Below are positions 6,653 through 16,349 of a DNA stretch of 36,003 nucleotides, piece by piece. Position 1 is the first letter of the stretch. The number at the start of each line of letters is the position of its first letter. The translations under genes were made by a program, and so were the position numbers. The notes under the pieces were generated by a model that was not told the origin of the DNA, did not search any database, and saw only the letters and a program-made list of their open reading frames with translations. This DNA comes from a virus (Duplodnaviria > Caudoviricetes), in IMG/VR virus record IMGVR_UViG_3300037311_000466, positions 1 through 36,003 of that record. One strand, given 5' to 3'.

Positions 6653-9118
6653 TTAGCTTGGCAAAGTGGCAGCGTGTAAAACCATTTCTTCTAATATAAA
6701 GGATTCGTTTTGAGCTACATTACCGGTGGTAATCACTCTGTAAGCCCCCGTCAAGCCTCCCGTACTGTCTAAGAACCGCACTGTTACAGCTTGGCCACCA
6801 CCATTAGCTACTGGTTTTTCTCCATTCGCAAACTGTGAACCGGTATGCCGGATAGCCATGGCTGCATTATTAACAACCCGAACCCGCCCATAATAGAGTG
6901 TATTGATAGCTGTAATACCATTGTATTGTGCCCCCATTGTGCCAGAAGAGTTGGTTCTGGTAACTTGCAACCTTCGTGGCCCCGTTAGTATTGTCGAGGT
7001 ATTGTTGGTTGCATCGGTAACCTGCATATTACTAGGAATACCTGTCCCCGGGAAAGTGTTTTCGGCAGAATTAACAGCTAAGTTTGCCCCAATTTTAATA
7101 ACCGATTGCCAAGAACCATCAAAAGTGTAAGTCAAACCTCCTAATACCTTGATTCTTACTTGAAGTTTTGTATAATCGAACCCTAAACTTAAAGTAGGAA
7201 GCTTTGCCGGTAAAGAAACTGTCCAAGCAGTGAGTGTTTGCTGAGAACCACCAGTGGAGTTTGTGGCCTGCAATACTTGGTACTCAAAAACTGCTAAAGT
7301 GAACCCTGCTGGGTTTTTCACATCTGGGACAAATGAAGCAAAATCATCCGTTTCAACCAAAAGATTTTGCAATCCTGCTCCTTGATTCAGAACATCCACT
7401 CCGGTGAGAGAAACTGTACCATCAAGACTAATCGAATTAATTCTTTTTACAGAGATTTTAATTTTCGTTGAGCTAATACTCTCGATTTCCACAATATTTA
7501 CTGTATCAAGCTCTATGGTTTCTGATCCTTCCCAATCTACGGATAATCCCGTAGTAGTCCAAGTGGGATAATTGGTAGAAGGATTGACATACACTCTTTT
7601 TGTTACTCCTGCAATAGCTCCTGACATATCAAAAGCAAAAGCAATACTTGTTCCTGAGACTGGGGTGGTTTTGCCAATTTCTTCATTCTGGGTAAATGTT
7701 AAGGGAGTAGGCAAATTTGCGGTCTGAATATATTTATCTATTTTATTATCAATTTGACCTTGTGCTTTTCCAAAAGCGGACAAAATAGAATCCGTAGCAA
7801 TTATCGCTGAATTAGATGAGCTAAATCCTGTCAAAACAACGCTTCTAACATCCGTGGCCAATGATTGCCAAGATTTATCCCCTCGCCAATATTGAGCAGT
7901 TGTGCCTACTGAAATAGTATTTTCTTTAGCATTTAAAGCTGATTGCGTAGCCGTAGATATAGGCTTGTTAACATCCGAAGTATTATCGACATTACCCAAG
8001 CCAATATCCGTTTTACCCAGCACGATTACCCCGGTTTGTCCATTTACGCTGGTAACACTTCCACCCCCACTAGGATAAGAAATAGCTTGCCAAGATGACA
8101 GATTGCTTGGTGTATCAGCAACTAGTATATAAGTCATACTATTATCACTACGAATACACCAATCACCCCTTTGTCCATTGAGAGCCAACATTGCCGTTTG
8201 GTTGGCAACAGTTCCTAAAAACTCTGAAATAGCAACCGCCGGAATTTGCGAAGTAGGGATAACACCGCCGACCAAATCGGCTTTGGCATCTAAGGTAGTT
8301 TGAAGGTTAGTGATATTTGCAATTGTGTGCGTATGAGAAGTGCTGGCTTTTCCCGCTAATTGTGTATTTACCCAGCCTACGTGCGGAATAGAAAGTGTAC
8401 CAAAACTAGCACTAAAATCGGTTGTATAATTCCACCCTTTTTCATTAAAAACAGCAGCTCTGGTTCTAAAAAACACTCCATCATAATAGCCTATACCTAA
8501 GCCGATTGTAGGAATTGCTAAAGGATCTCCTAATGCTATATCTCCTAAATAAAAATTAGAAAAAATATTACCGGATGCTCCATACTTCAGCATTCTTATT
8601 TCAACATCACTCACATTAAACCTTGAACCGCCAGAAAGAATATTATTTCTATCAACCTGCCTAGCGACTAAAAATTGTGAAGGCGTAAGGCTGAAATAGG
8701 CTTTAGACACATCATCAGTAATCACCGAAAACTCTCCTAAAGCACTTGCATCTAAACCTATCTTGAAATTATTTAAAGGGGTAGTTTGTCCAAAATTGAG
8801 GTCAAAAGCCCCGTTGATGTTTGTGTTTTCAACTAAAGAACCGCCCAACTTCAAATTATCCCCATTCTTATTAAGCCCATTTTCCGCTGAAGACACTACA
8901 CTAGGCTTATTAATCACATTCGCCCAATCAATCTGTTTTTTTCCTCCAGTCTCGCCAGCAAATAAATCATTAAAAACATCAATATGAACAAGAGCATCCA
9001 CAACATCCAGTAGCCTTTGTCTCAACTCTATACCTTTTGTTTTCAAAGGATTAGACCCGCCGTTGCTCTTGACGGTGGTAGTTATTTCATTGCTAAGAGT
9101 GAGCTTACTTTTTGCCAT
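6653..9118 (-). CDS. Long tail fibre protein
   Basis: Fibre shaft motifs HTHTIANITNLQTTLDAK, VTSVNGQTG, IGLGNVDNTSDVNKPISTATQSALNAK, QYWRGDKSW and TDSILSAFGKAQGQI. Confidence 0.8.
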   Translation of the reverse strand: MAKSKLTLSNEITTTVKSNGGSNPLKTKGIELRQRLLDVVDALVHIDVFNDLFAGETGGKKQIDWANVINKPSVVSSAENGLNKNGDNLKLGGSLVENTNINGAFDLNFGQTTPLNNFKIGLDASALGEFSVITDDVSKAYFSLTPSQFLVARQVDRNNILSGGSRFNVSDVEIRMLKYGASGNIFSNFYLGDIALGDPLAIPTIGLGIGYYDGVFFRTRAAVFNEKGWNYTTDFSASFGTLSIPHVGWVNTQLAGKASTSHTHTIANITNLQTTLDAKADLVGGVIPTSQIPAVAISEFLGTVANQTAMLALNGQRGDWCIRSDNSMTYILVADTPSNLSSWQAISYPSGGGSVTSVNGQTGVIVLGKTDIGLGNVDNTSDVNKPISTATQSALNAKENTISVGTTAQYWRGDKSWQSLATDVRSVVLTGFSSSNSAIIATDSILSAFGKAQGQIDNKIDKYIQTANLPTPLTFTQNEEIGKTTPVSGTSIAFAFDMSGAIAGVTKRVYVNPSTNYPTWTTTGLSVDWEGSETIELDTVNIVEIESISSTKIKISVKRINSISLDGTVSLTGVDVLNQGAGLQNLLVETDDFASFVPDVKNPAGFTLAVFEYQVLQATNSTGGSQQTLTAWTVSLPAKLPTLSLGFDYTKLQVRIKVLGGLTYTFDGSWQSVIKIGANLAVNSAENTFPGTGIPSNMQVTDATNNTSTILTGPRRLQVTRTNSSGTMGAQYNGITAINTLYYGRVRVVNNAAMAIRHTGSQFANGEKPVANGGGQAVTVRFLDSTGGLTGAYRVITTGNVAQNESFILEEMVLHAATLPS

Positions 9119-9129
9119 TTTATTTTATA

Positions 9130-9432
9130 TTAATTAAAGTCGGTTTCGTCAAAATCTACCTCATCAAAATCAACTGTAATCAATACCAAACTATCATATT
9201 TCACCCCAGTATTGATTACAATATTTCTATTTTTAAAAAAACTTACCCGGTCTATTTGCCTGATATATTTGGCTTGTATATCAAGCACATCCCCGGCTTG
9301 GGTTTCATAGTCTAAGTTGAGTTGATTACTCAACATCAAATCAACCACCGCCTCTGCACTACCAAAAGCTCCCAAGGCTATATCAACAGGGTTTCTTCCC
9401 TCGTTTACTATAATTTTATAATCTTCTGGCAT
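9130..9432 (-). CDS. LysM-like baseplate protein (P2 gpX-like)
   Basis: VNEGRNPVDIALGAFGSAEAVVDLMLSNQL is a LysM-like pattern; position after the gp25-like gene. Confidence 0.6.
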   Translation of the reverse strand: MPEDYKIIVNEGRNPVDIALGAFGSAEAVVDLMLSNQLNLDYETQAGDVLDIQAKYIRQIDRVSFFKNRNIVINTGVKYDSLVLITVDFDEVDFDETDFN

Positions 9433-9709
9433 TTACTTTTAGATTTAGGCTCAAATCCTCATTGATTTGCAGAGACTCAATAAAATAGCGGTCATTTTGC
9501 AGGTTTTCAATTATAGAGGCTTTTAAAGCCTCCAAACGAGGGGCTTTGATATGCGCCTCTATATCCACTCCTATTTCGGGGTTTTCTCTAAAATCTCCGG
9601 TAGCGGCATACAAAATCAATTGCACATTTTGTTCATCAGCCTCACCTACCACAAAATCTCCCCCTTCAATCAGCAGATCAAGATTATCGGCCAGCAAAAT
9701 ATCTTGCAT
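9416..9709 (-). CDS. Baseplate sheath initiator (gp25/gpW-like)
   Basis: DLLIEGGDFVVG...GDFRENPEIGVDI motif, size and synteny. Confidence 0.65.
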   Translation of the reverse strand: MQDILLADNLDLLIEGGDFVVGEADEQNVQLILYAATGDFRENPEIGVDIEAHIKAPRLEALKASIIENLQNDRYFIESLQINEDLSLNLKVNARRL

Positions 9710-10224
9710 TATTGTAAAATATCAGGATTTTCAATGTCTGTCAAATTGGTAGTATTCAAATTACCGCCCGAAAAAATTGCAGTCGGCGGCTGCCCGTTTC
9801 CGGCGTGAACGTGTGTATTAGCCCAGCTAATAATCGCATTAATTTTGTCTTCAATTAAGTTTAAACGCTGTTTAACACTTTCCACTTTGGGTAATCCTTT
9901 CAATTGCCCCCCATTAAAAACTATCTTATCAGCCTTTAAATGAAACTCCTCCACTTCACTTGCCGCCAATAAATAAGCCTCGGTTTGATTATTTTCAATT
10001 AAACAAACCAAGGCCAAAGATTCCGGCTTGGGGTATATTACCAGCTTATTTGTAATATCATCTACAATAGCACACAAGCGAACGTCAAAAATTTCCGGTC
10101 TATCATCCTCAGGCTTTAGAGTGCAGGTATCTTGTTGCTTATCAACCGATACCACTTTGCCTTCTATAATCAAAACCGGAAACTTATCTTGAATGATTTT
10201 CCAGATTAAATCCGATAAATTCAT
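9709..10224 (-). CDS. Baseplate central spike (gpV/Mu gp45-like)
   Basis: N-terminal OB-fold-like segment and C-terminal metal-binding HxH motif (NTHVH). Confidence 0.75.
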   Translation of the reverse strand: MNLSDLIWKIIQDKFPVLIIEGKVVSVDKQQDTCTLKPEDDRPEIFDVRLCAIVDDITNKLVIYPKPESLALVCLIENNQTEAYLLAASEVEEFHLKADKIVFNGGQLKGLPKVESVKQRLNLIEDKINAIISWANTHVHAGNGQPPTAIFSGGNLNTTNLTDIENPDILQ

Positions 10225-10226
10225 TG

Positions 10227-11234
10227 TTAAACCTTTTGCCCAATCTCAATTGTACGCCGGTAGCCACTTGCTGAAAAATCAATACCCACAGCGTCCACCA
10301 AATAAGCCCCTCTTCTATCCGGATACTCAGCATCTAGCAGCTCAATAGTTTCGCCGTGTTCTACCGCTGGGATTCCAAAAGAGGTCAGCCCGCCTCTATA
10401 TCCATCAAAACGTACTTTCTTGAGTTCTTGGTTGGCGTATTTTTCAAGCGTTGTTTTGTCCAAAGCCCCATAATTACGCGTTTGCACATTTACGCCCTCG
10501 CCTTTTTCTCCTACTTCTACCACTATTTTTTTACCGCTCGGCAAGTTGGATATCGCCTTAATCCTCAACTTCATATCCTCCTTATCTTTATATTTAAGGT
10601 TATGGCTGACGATGTTTTTTTGCAAATCAAAAATAGTTCTTTCGGTATCCGGTTTAAAATCATAAGGAAAGCCAACTATCAAAACCGGCTTGCTATCATT
10701 AGTAGGATTGTGTCTAAAGTAACTCACCAAACCATAATTATCCCGGATAAATTGCAAGACTTGAGCGGCATTGGCTTTTTGAATACTAAACTTACCTAAA
10801 TCAATATCAATCGCCTGATAATCAAAGCCTAAACCTTGTGTAATAAATCCCACCACTTCTTTCAGGTTAGTTTTTGCGTATGACTTGTTAAGGGTGTTTT
10901 GTTTGAGCAAATAACTATAATCTTCACAAAGAACCTTAATAGGAATATTACCTTCCAGTTCTCGCACAAAGCCTTCAAATGTCCGAAGCAAATTACCATC
11001 ATAGCCCAGCTTAATTCTTACATTTTGCCCCCGCTTGATATAATCTCGCACTAATTTTTCCTCAAATTTGTACTCCTTCGGTAACTCAATCTCGGCTACA
11101 TCGGTTAATTCTTTCCACGAAGACTTTTGCTGAACTTTGGCAACCGCCTCAAATTGGATTTGTCCGATTGTTACTTGGCAACTCAGGACGTGATATGCAA
11201 ATAGCATAATACATAAAGTGATTTTGTTTTTCAT
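10227..11234 (-). CDS. Baseplate hub (late control D / Mu gp44-like); true start probably about 10 codons in (MLFAY)
   Basis: SSWKELTD...IKLGYDG...FEGFV...CED...GYRGGLTSFGIP...GAYLVDAV...GYRRTIEIG pattern. Confidence 0.75.
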   Translation of the reverse strand: MKNKITLCIMLFAYHVLSCQVTIGQIQFEAVAKVQQKSSWKELTDVAEIELPKEYKFEEKLVRDYIKRGQNVRIKLGYDGNLLRTFEGFVRELEGNIPIKVLCEDYSYLLKQNTLNKSYAKTNLKEVVGFITQGLGFDYQAIDIDLGKFSIQKANAAQVLQFIRDNYGLVSYFRHNPTNDSKPVLIVGFPYDFKPDTERTIFDLQKNIVSHNLKYKDKEDMKLRIKAISNLPSGKKIVVEVGEKGEGVNVQTRNYGALDKTTLEKYANQELKKVRFDGYRGGLTSFGIPAVEHGETIELLDAEYPDRRGAYLVDAVGIDFSASGYRRTIEIGQKV

Positions 11235-11250
11235 AAATTTTAAATTACTG

Positions 11251-11910
11251 TTATTGAATTAAGTTTTGTTGAATGATCAAACTAAATGGTTTAATTGATC
11301 TAGCCGTAATTACAAAGGGTTGAGTATCCTCATATCCTTCCAGAGCCGGGGTGTCCAACTCTTTAATATAAATATGGCTAATCCGATGATAATTAAACAA
11401 TCTGCTTACTACTTTAAAAACTGTATCCGTTTCAAACACTTGAATCAATCGACTCAATTCACGCTCCGGAAAACTACCTGCCGGGTTCCACAGCACCCCT
11501 CTAATCGTAATATCCACAGGTTCTACTCCGGCCACCTCTATTACTGAATCACCCGAACTCAGCACGGTTTCTGTTGTTTTTTTTCGCCGCCTTAAATCTA
11601 CAATCGGGTCATAATCAAAGGCGTATAGTAAACCGCCGTTATAAGACTGCAGTTCTATTTCATCAAACAAAGGCGTGCCAAAAACCGACATTGGGCTGAT
11701 GTAATCAGGGGATTTTTCAAGCACACTTACAGCGTCTAAACTGGGGCTAAAAGTCTTATTCTCCCCTAATAGTTGCTTTTTGAGTTGATTAAGACTTTGT
11801 GAATCCGGTAGTAAATATTCTTTTCCGCTAATTCCAAAAGCCTTCATTAATCTATCTCTTAGATTAACTTGCAAGTCCTTTTTACTTAAATTAACTTCCA
11901 GATTCGCCAT
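11251..11910 (-). CDS. DUF6046-like tail tube initiator (gpU-like)
   Basis: SVFGTPLF...DITIRG...DTQPFVITARS pattern; position before the hub gene. Confidence 0.6.
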   Translation of the reverse strand: MANLEVNLSKKDLQVNLRDRLMKAFGISGKEYLLPDSQSLNQLKKQLLGENKTFSPSLDAVSVLEKSPDYISPMSVFGTPLFDEIELQSYNGGLLYAFDYDPIVDLRRRKKTTETVLSSGDSVIEVAGVEPVDITIRGVLWNPAGSFPERELSRLIQVFETDTVFKVVSRLFNYHRISHIYIKELDTPALEGYEDTQPFVITARSIKPFSLIIQQNLIQ

Positions 11911-12082
11911 TCAATTCAATTCCTAAAAGTTTCTTTTCCGCTAGCCACTCGATTTTTTTAGCCGCTCTAAGCCATTCTTGACTAGATAGCCTTGTGGCAT
12001 CTACCTTTAAATAATAACTTATCAAGGCATCCCACTCCTCTATCCAACTTAGCTTACTTTGCTCTATGAAATTTTTTTTAAA
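11891..12082 (-). other. -1 programmed frameshift site and C-terminal extension of the tail assembly chaperone (G-T type)
   Basis: Slippery T TTA AAA AAA A (12082-12072) lies just before the stop. The -1 frame stays open to TAA at 11893-11891 and encodes NFIEQSKLSWIEEWDALISYYLKVDATRLSSQEWLRAAKKIEWLAEKKLLGIELNGESGS. Confidence 0.75.
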
Positions 12083-12735
12083 CTCCCTGACGCTCCCATT
12101 ATAATCTCAGCAATCGCTTTCACGCAAGAAGATACATACTTTGTATCAGATTTTATCTCCTCATCACCGACCAACCACAACGAACGTAAAATTTCTTTAG
12201 AGGCATTAAAAGGGGCTTTTTCTGATTGCACCAGATAGCGATTAATAATCTGCCTGATAGGTTTTTTCAAAACTGCAAAATAAAAATCGGTATAAGTTTC
12301 ATCCTTGGGAACTTTAACCAAATACACTTTGCCGTATTGTTTTTTCCAGTTGGCAATCAGCTCTTTACTGACTTTTATCAAGCCATCGTGTTTTTCTTGT
12401 AAATCCAGCAAAATGGAATCCGGGCCTATAACCGTTTGCGCTAATTGCGACACTGCCGCATTTACATAATCATCACCTTTTATTTCCTCGTCTCCCGCCA
12501 GCCAGCAACTGTTTAATAGTAAAATATTTGCATCAATCGGCGATTTATCCAATTTTTTGAGATACTCATTCAATTGGTATTCATTCGGCACTCTTACAAT
12601 GCAATTAAAAAATTCATTGTAAGTATTGTCTTTAGGTATTATCACCCAACAAATTTTAAATTTACTAGCCCACTCAGTTATTTGCGCTTCTGTTGCCAGA
12701 TTAAGGGCTAATAATTCCTGATCAATTTCTTTCAT
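12064..12735 (-). CDS. Tail assembly chaperone with tandemly duplicated domain
   Basis: Follows the tail tube gene, contains two copies of W...PKD.TY..F...P...WL.GDEEIK.D, and ends at a slippery site. Confidence 0.75.
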   Translation of the reverse strand: MKEIDQELLALNLATEAQITEWASKFKICWVIIPKDNTYNEFFNCIVRVPNEYQLNEYLKKLDKSPIDANILLLNSCWLAGDEEIKGDDYVNAAVSQLAQTVIGPDSILLDLQEKHDGLIKVSKELIANWKKQYGKVYLVKVPKDETYTDFYFAVLKKPIRQIINRYLVQSEKAPFNASKEILRSLWLVGDEEIKSDTKYVSSCVKAIAEIIMGASGSLKKIS

Positions 12736-13166
12736 TAGATTGTTTGATTAAAAAGAATATCTGAACAAATCCCCGGCAGCTCCACGATAATATCCTGATC
12801 CCCTTCACTTCCCCCGCCGCCATCTTTTGTCCATTCAAAATCTTTGATTACATCTACTACCACCCTTTGGCCATTGTCATACGAAACAGCTATATCAAAG
12901 GGCTCTACATCGGTAAGGTCAAAACCATCCCCGTATTTAGCTTTCAAGGCATCACGAATAGCCAGCAGTTCCGACATCGCCAACGACATCGTAACATCTT
13001 CATAAGTCTTTTTGCCTCTTGACCTACGTACCGGTTTACTCCCTTTACCATAGCCATTCGCTTTCTCTCGAGTTACACTGTAGCTCATTTGCGTGATGTG
13101 TACTGCTACCGAGCCAAACAATACCACATCCATATCATTCCAGCCGAACGCGCCTTTAACTGCCAT
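12735..13166 (-). CDS. Tail tube protein
   Basis: FGWNDM...YGKGSKPV...GKKTYE...PFDIAVSY pattern; 143 aa, directly after the sheath gene. Confidence 0.75.
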   Translation of the reverse strand: MAVKGAFGWNDMDVVLFGSVAVHITQMSYSVTREKANGYGKGSKPVRRSRGKKTYEDVTMSLAMSELLAIRDALKAKYGDGFDLTDVEPFDIAVSYDNGQRVVVDVIKDFEWTKDGGGGSEGDQDIIVELPGICSDILFNQTI

Positions 13167-13167
13167 A

Positions 13168-14424
13168 TTATAAAGTTTTTGAGATTTTTAATTGTACTTT
13201 AATGATTTTAGCTTCGCCAAAAGGTTGAACTTTTAAGCCCACTAATAACTCACTATTAGGCGGTAATAAATTGGAGTTTTTATCAATCGTTACCGTCCGG
13301 CCTGAAAACTGCCCCGTCATTCCCAAGTCTATTGATTTTTCGGCTTTAGCTTTAAAATAAGCTACTACACTCAAAGGCAGTTTACCGTTATCATCCACAT
13401 CTTGGGGTGATTTGACATCCGGCAACAAAGCCGCATACACTTGCAATGCCGCCTTATCAATTGTCCGGCTATAATGAATATAACATTCATTAATAGTACC
13501 ATCCACATCAATTTCAATCGGAGTACAGGTATGGGCATCATTCCATCTAAATCCGTTCTGTCGAGAATATTTGATGGGAAAAATATACCCTTTATCATCC
13601 AATACCGACCAGTCATCTTCATAATTCATTACTGATTGATGATTGCTGAATCCTGCCTTTGTCCATCTGCCGGTACTTGTCAAATTAAAAGCTCCCACCC
13701 AGCCTATATTTTCGTGAACATTGGCTCTGGCTATAGTTCCTAAGGCTGTACCCACCGCCGCGTAATTATTAAAAGTGGCTTGAATATGGGCAAAGTCATA
13801 ATCTTGACCTACCACCACACTTACCGCCGGGGCTTTTACATTCGTAATAGCCCGCAAATGTTGCAAACCAACCGCCGCCGGGTTGAAAAATTTACCCTCC
13901 AAAACAAAGCGTATGGGATACATTTTTTCAAAGGCATACTCTGCCAGCTCTTGGGCTTTGGGGATAGCCGCCAATAAATTAGCATCTAGCCCGGCGGTTA
14001 TAGTAGGCGTGTAAGGAGAGCCGCCGGTCAATAGCGGGTTATGAGCTATGGCCATTTGGAATATTTCGCCCTCAGCTTCGTTCAAAAGCTTTTTAGCATA
14101 TTCGTTTGCTACATCCACCATTTGATGGATACCCACACTTTGCGCTACTACCATCAACCAAAGAATAGTGCCTGAGTCAAAACCTACCTCCGAGTAAAAC
14201 TCTTTGATGTGATGATATACCACCACATTATTAGCAGTATCATAAGCTTCATTCAAGCCCAAGTTTTCCGCATCTTTCAAGGAAGTGAGCTTATAGGCCG
14301 TTCCCAAAGCCAGCTTTCCGGATACCGCCAAACCATTGGCTAATAAGCCACTGGCTGAATCGGCTGACAAATTAACCCCTAATTCGGGTTGTTCTTTTGT
14401 AATGATTACACCTTTTACATTCAT
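13168..14424 (-). CDS. Tail sheath protein (DUF2586-like)
   Basis: YHHIKEFY, AAVGTALG, HENIGWV, LDDKGYIF, GFRWND and RTIDKA motifs. Confidence 0.8.
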   Translation of the reverse strand: MNVKGVIITKEQPELGVNLSADSASGLLANGLAVSGKLALGTAYKLTSLKDAENLGLNEAYDTANNVVVYHHIKEFYSEVGFDSGTILWLMVVAQSVGIHQMVDVANEYAKKLLNEAEGEIFQMAIAHNPLLTGGSPYTPTITAGLDANLLAAIPKAQELAEYAFEKMYPIRFVLEGKFFNPAAVGLQHLRAITNVKAPAVSVVVGQDYDFAHIQATFNNYAAVGTALGTIARANVHENIGWVGAFNLTSTGRWTKAGFSNHQSVMNYEDDWSVLDDKGYIFPIKYSRQNGFRWNDAHTCTPIEIDVDGTINECYIHYSRTIDKAALQVYAALLPDVKSPQDVDDNGKLPLSVVAYFKAKAEKSIDLGMTGQFSGRTVTIDKNSNLLPPNSELLVGLKVQPFGEAKIIKVQLKISKTL

Positions 14425-14468
14425 TTCGTAAACTTTTTTAATGGATAAAATAAGAAATGTGGGGAGGT

Positions 14469-15062
14469 TTAATCATCCTCTTTTTTACCAAGTTGCTCAG
14501 GCTTTTCCGGTTTATCTTTATCTGATTTTTTATCCTCCGGCTTACCAATCACTAAGTAACCCTTATCAATAAAGGCGTGTATTTCCTTTTGGATAATTCC
14601 AAACAAAAACATCCAATCAATCTGCCTATGTATAGTCTGAGTGCTATCAGAGGTCTTGATAAGCACATACTTTACCAAATCATCCTCTTGAGACGTGTAT
14701 GTATTGTTAGCCTTATCATACACCGCTTTAATCTCTTTGTCCGGCACTTTATTTTTTGCAATAGCTACCGCCTGATACAAATGAGCATCGGCCACACTTT
14801 TTTGAACCGATTTTTGAAACTCAGGACTACAACTCAACGATAAACTAGGTAAAACCAAGAGCAAAATTAACTTCACGCGGTTTTTTACCTTTTCTGCATC
14901 TTTGGCTAAGATTAATCCTATTCCAACCAAAACCCCCAATAACCATAATACAATAGTAGTCGTCAGCAAGCCCATCATATCCAATACAATCAAAAGGATT
15001 GATAAAAGCCCCGACAGAGTAGTTCGCCAGTTTACGGCTCCTTTTACGATAAATTCTTTCAT
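14469..15062 (-). CDS. Putative holin fused in frame to a lipoprotein (spanin-like) domain
   Basis: Two TM helices with NWRTT and GIGLILAKD motifs, then VKLILLLVLPSLSLSC (lipobox-like) and a soluble domain. Confidence 0.5.
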   Translation of the reverse strand: MKEFIVKGAVNWRTTLSGLLSILLIVLDMMGLLTTTIVLWLLGVLVGIGLILAKDAEKVKNRVKLILLLVLPSLSLSCSPEFQKSVQKSVADAHLYQAVAIAKNKVPDKEIKAVYDKANNTYTSQEDDLVKYVLIKTSDSTQTIHRQIDWMFLFGIIQKEIHAFIDKGYLVIGKPEDKKSDKDKPEKPEQLGKKEDD

Positions 15063-15325
15063 TTTAAATCGGCTTTATTTCGATTATTTGAAACCTTTGC
15101 TTTAAATTCGCGCAATTCTGTAATTAATTGATGAAATTCCTCCCTGAACTCGGCCAGCATTTTTTTTAACTCCGACTCATTAGACTCAGTTTTGTTTTTG
15201 AAATTATCAAACTGCTCTTTTAGATTCTTATTTTCATTCTTGAGTACAGCTATTTCGAGTTTGAGGTTAATGTACACCCCAGTAAGGGCGGCAATTGCCC
15301 CAAAAAACCAAACAATTAATTCCAT
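15059..15325 (-). CDS. Membrane-anchored coiled-coil protein (lysis-module candidate)
   Basis: One N-terminal TM segment followed by a heptad-rich helix; overlaps the holin-like gene by 4 bp. Confidence 0.45.
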   Translation of the reverse strand: MELIVWFFGAIAALTGVYINLKLEIAVLKNENKNLKEQFDNFKNKTESNESELKKMLAEFREEFHQLITELREFKAKVSNNRNKADLK

Positions 15326-15374
15326 TATTGCGCAAACTGAAAATAATTTAAACTAAATTTAAAATCTGATTAAG

Positions 15375-16349
15375 CTAAGCCCCGTGAGATTGTACTATAG
15401 CGTACACCCCCACTTCATCTTTTCTCGCCTTGGCTGCTCCACCGTGGCCACCGCTTGAAATTAGATCAGCCTGATAAGTAGAGCTTCGGTTATCCTCAAA
15501 AAACCTAACAGTAGGCTCAAATCGTCTAACAAAATCTGGACTCCAAAACAAAATCCCTTGATTATCAGTCGGTTCTGAAACAAATTTTCTCAAGTTTTTA
15601 GGTGCAGGCGTGCTATCATTTGTATAAACCCCCGCCGAACTTCTTACCATTACATCAAAATCAAGTAACTTTCCAATGACCCCATATTGCATTTTCATCG
15701 CTGTTTCCAAGGTCGTGTAAGGAGTAAAAGCCCCACTTGATTTCAAATCCTGAAACAAGTCCACTAAAAAAACGGGTGAAACCAAAGCCTTAGCCCCTTG
15801 CAAGTCCACATCATCCTCGATAAACATTGATACAATCTGCATAATATTATCGAATTGCAGCTTTTTCCGAGTACCGGTCGCATTAGGGTTTTTCTTAGTC
15901 GCAGCCGCCCGATTCCCCCCGCTGGTTCTTACCATTTTATCAAGGCGGGTAGGTAGCCAAGCCTGCAAACAAGTAATGGCAAAATGACGCTCTAACACTT
16001 TAGCGTGATTGTTTACCTCTAGCTCCCGACTTCTATAATTGGTCATCATATCCTCGGGGCGGCTTATTCGGCGGGGATAAGTAAAGTGCCACTGCACCTC
16101 ATATTCCAGCACTTCATCATACGCATTTTGCACCGGCAAAGGGTAGTTTTCTGGGCTCACCCCGCCTTCAGCGTTTGCGCCTTCTTGCGGAATACTTACT
16201 TTACTGGGCACGCCAGCTTCAGCATTAGAGCCTAATGTAGCCCCGCTAGATTTATCATCTTTACTCGCCTTTACAAAAGAGTTATTTTCAAACAACTTCT
16301 GTTCTATCATCCGATTAAATTGGATGAGTAATTGTTGGGTAATCGGCAT
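15375..16349 (-). CDS. Major capsid protein (HK97 fold)
   Basis: 324 aa downstream of the protease/scaffold gene; GVIGKLLDFDVMVRS and YQADLIS...GAAKARKDEVGVYAI resemble Bacteroidota Mu-like capsid proteins. Confidence 0.75.
   Translation of the reverse strand: MPITQQLLIQFNRMIEQKLFENNSFVKASKDDKSSGATLGSNAEAGVPSKVSIPQEGANAEGGVSPENYPLPVQNAYDEVLEYEVQWHFTYPRRISRPEDMMTNYRSRELEVNNHAKVLERHFAITCLQAWLPTRLDKMVRTSGGNRAAATKKNPNATGTRKKLQFDNIMQIVSMFIEDDVDLQGAKALVSPVFLVDLFQDLKSSGAFTPYTTLETAMKMQYGVIGKLLDFDVMVRSSAGVYTNDSTPAPKNLRKFVSEPTDNQGILFWSPDFVRRFEPTVRFFEDNRSSTYQADLISSGGHGGAAKARKDEVGVYAIVQSHGA

Noticed and set aside
1924-9118. Invertible tail-fibre segment or diversity-generating retroelement
   Set aside because: No recombinase or reverse transcriptase gene, and no inverted fibre copy or template/variable repeat pair was seen by eye.
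10816-10826. Extra TGATAATCA cores inside genes (here and near 3892)
   Set aside because: They lack the flanking TAA/TTA at the 5-nt spacing, so they were not counted as copies.
9130-14424. Stand-alone contractile injection system or tailocin
   Set aside because: Capsid, portal, terminase and transposase genes are all present, so this is a prophage tail.
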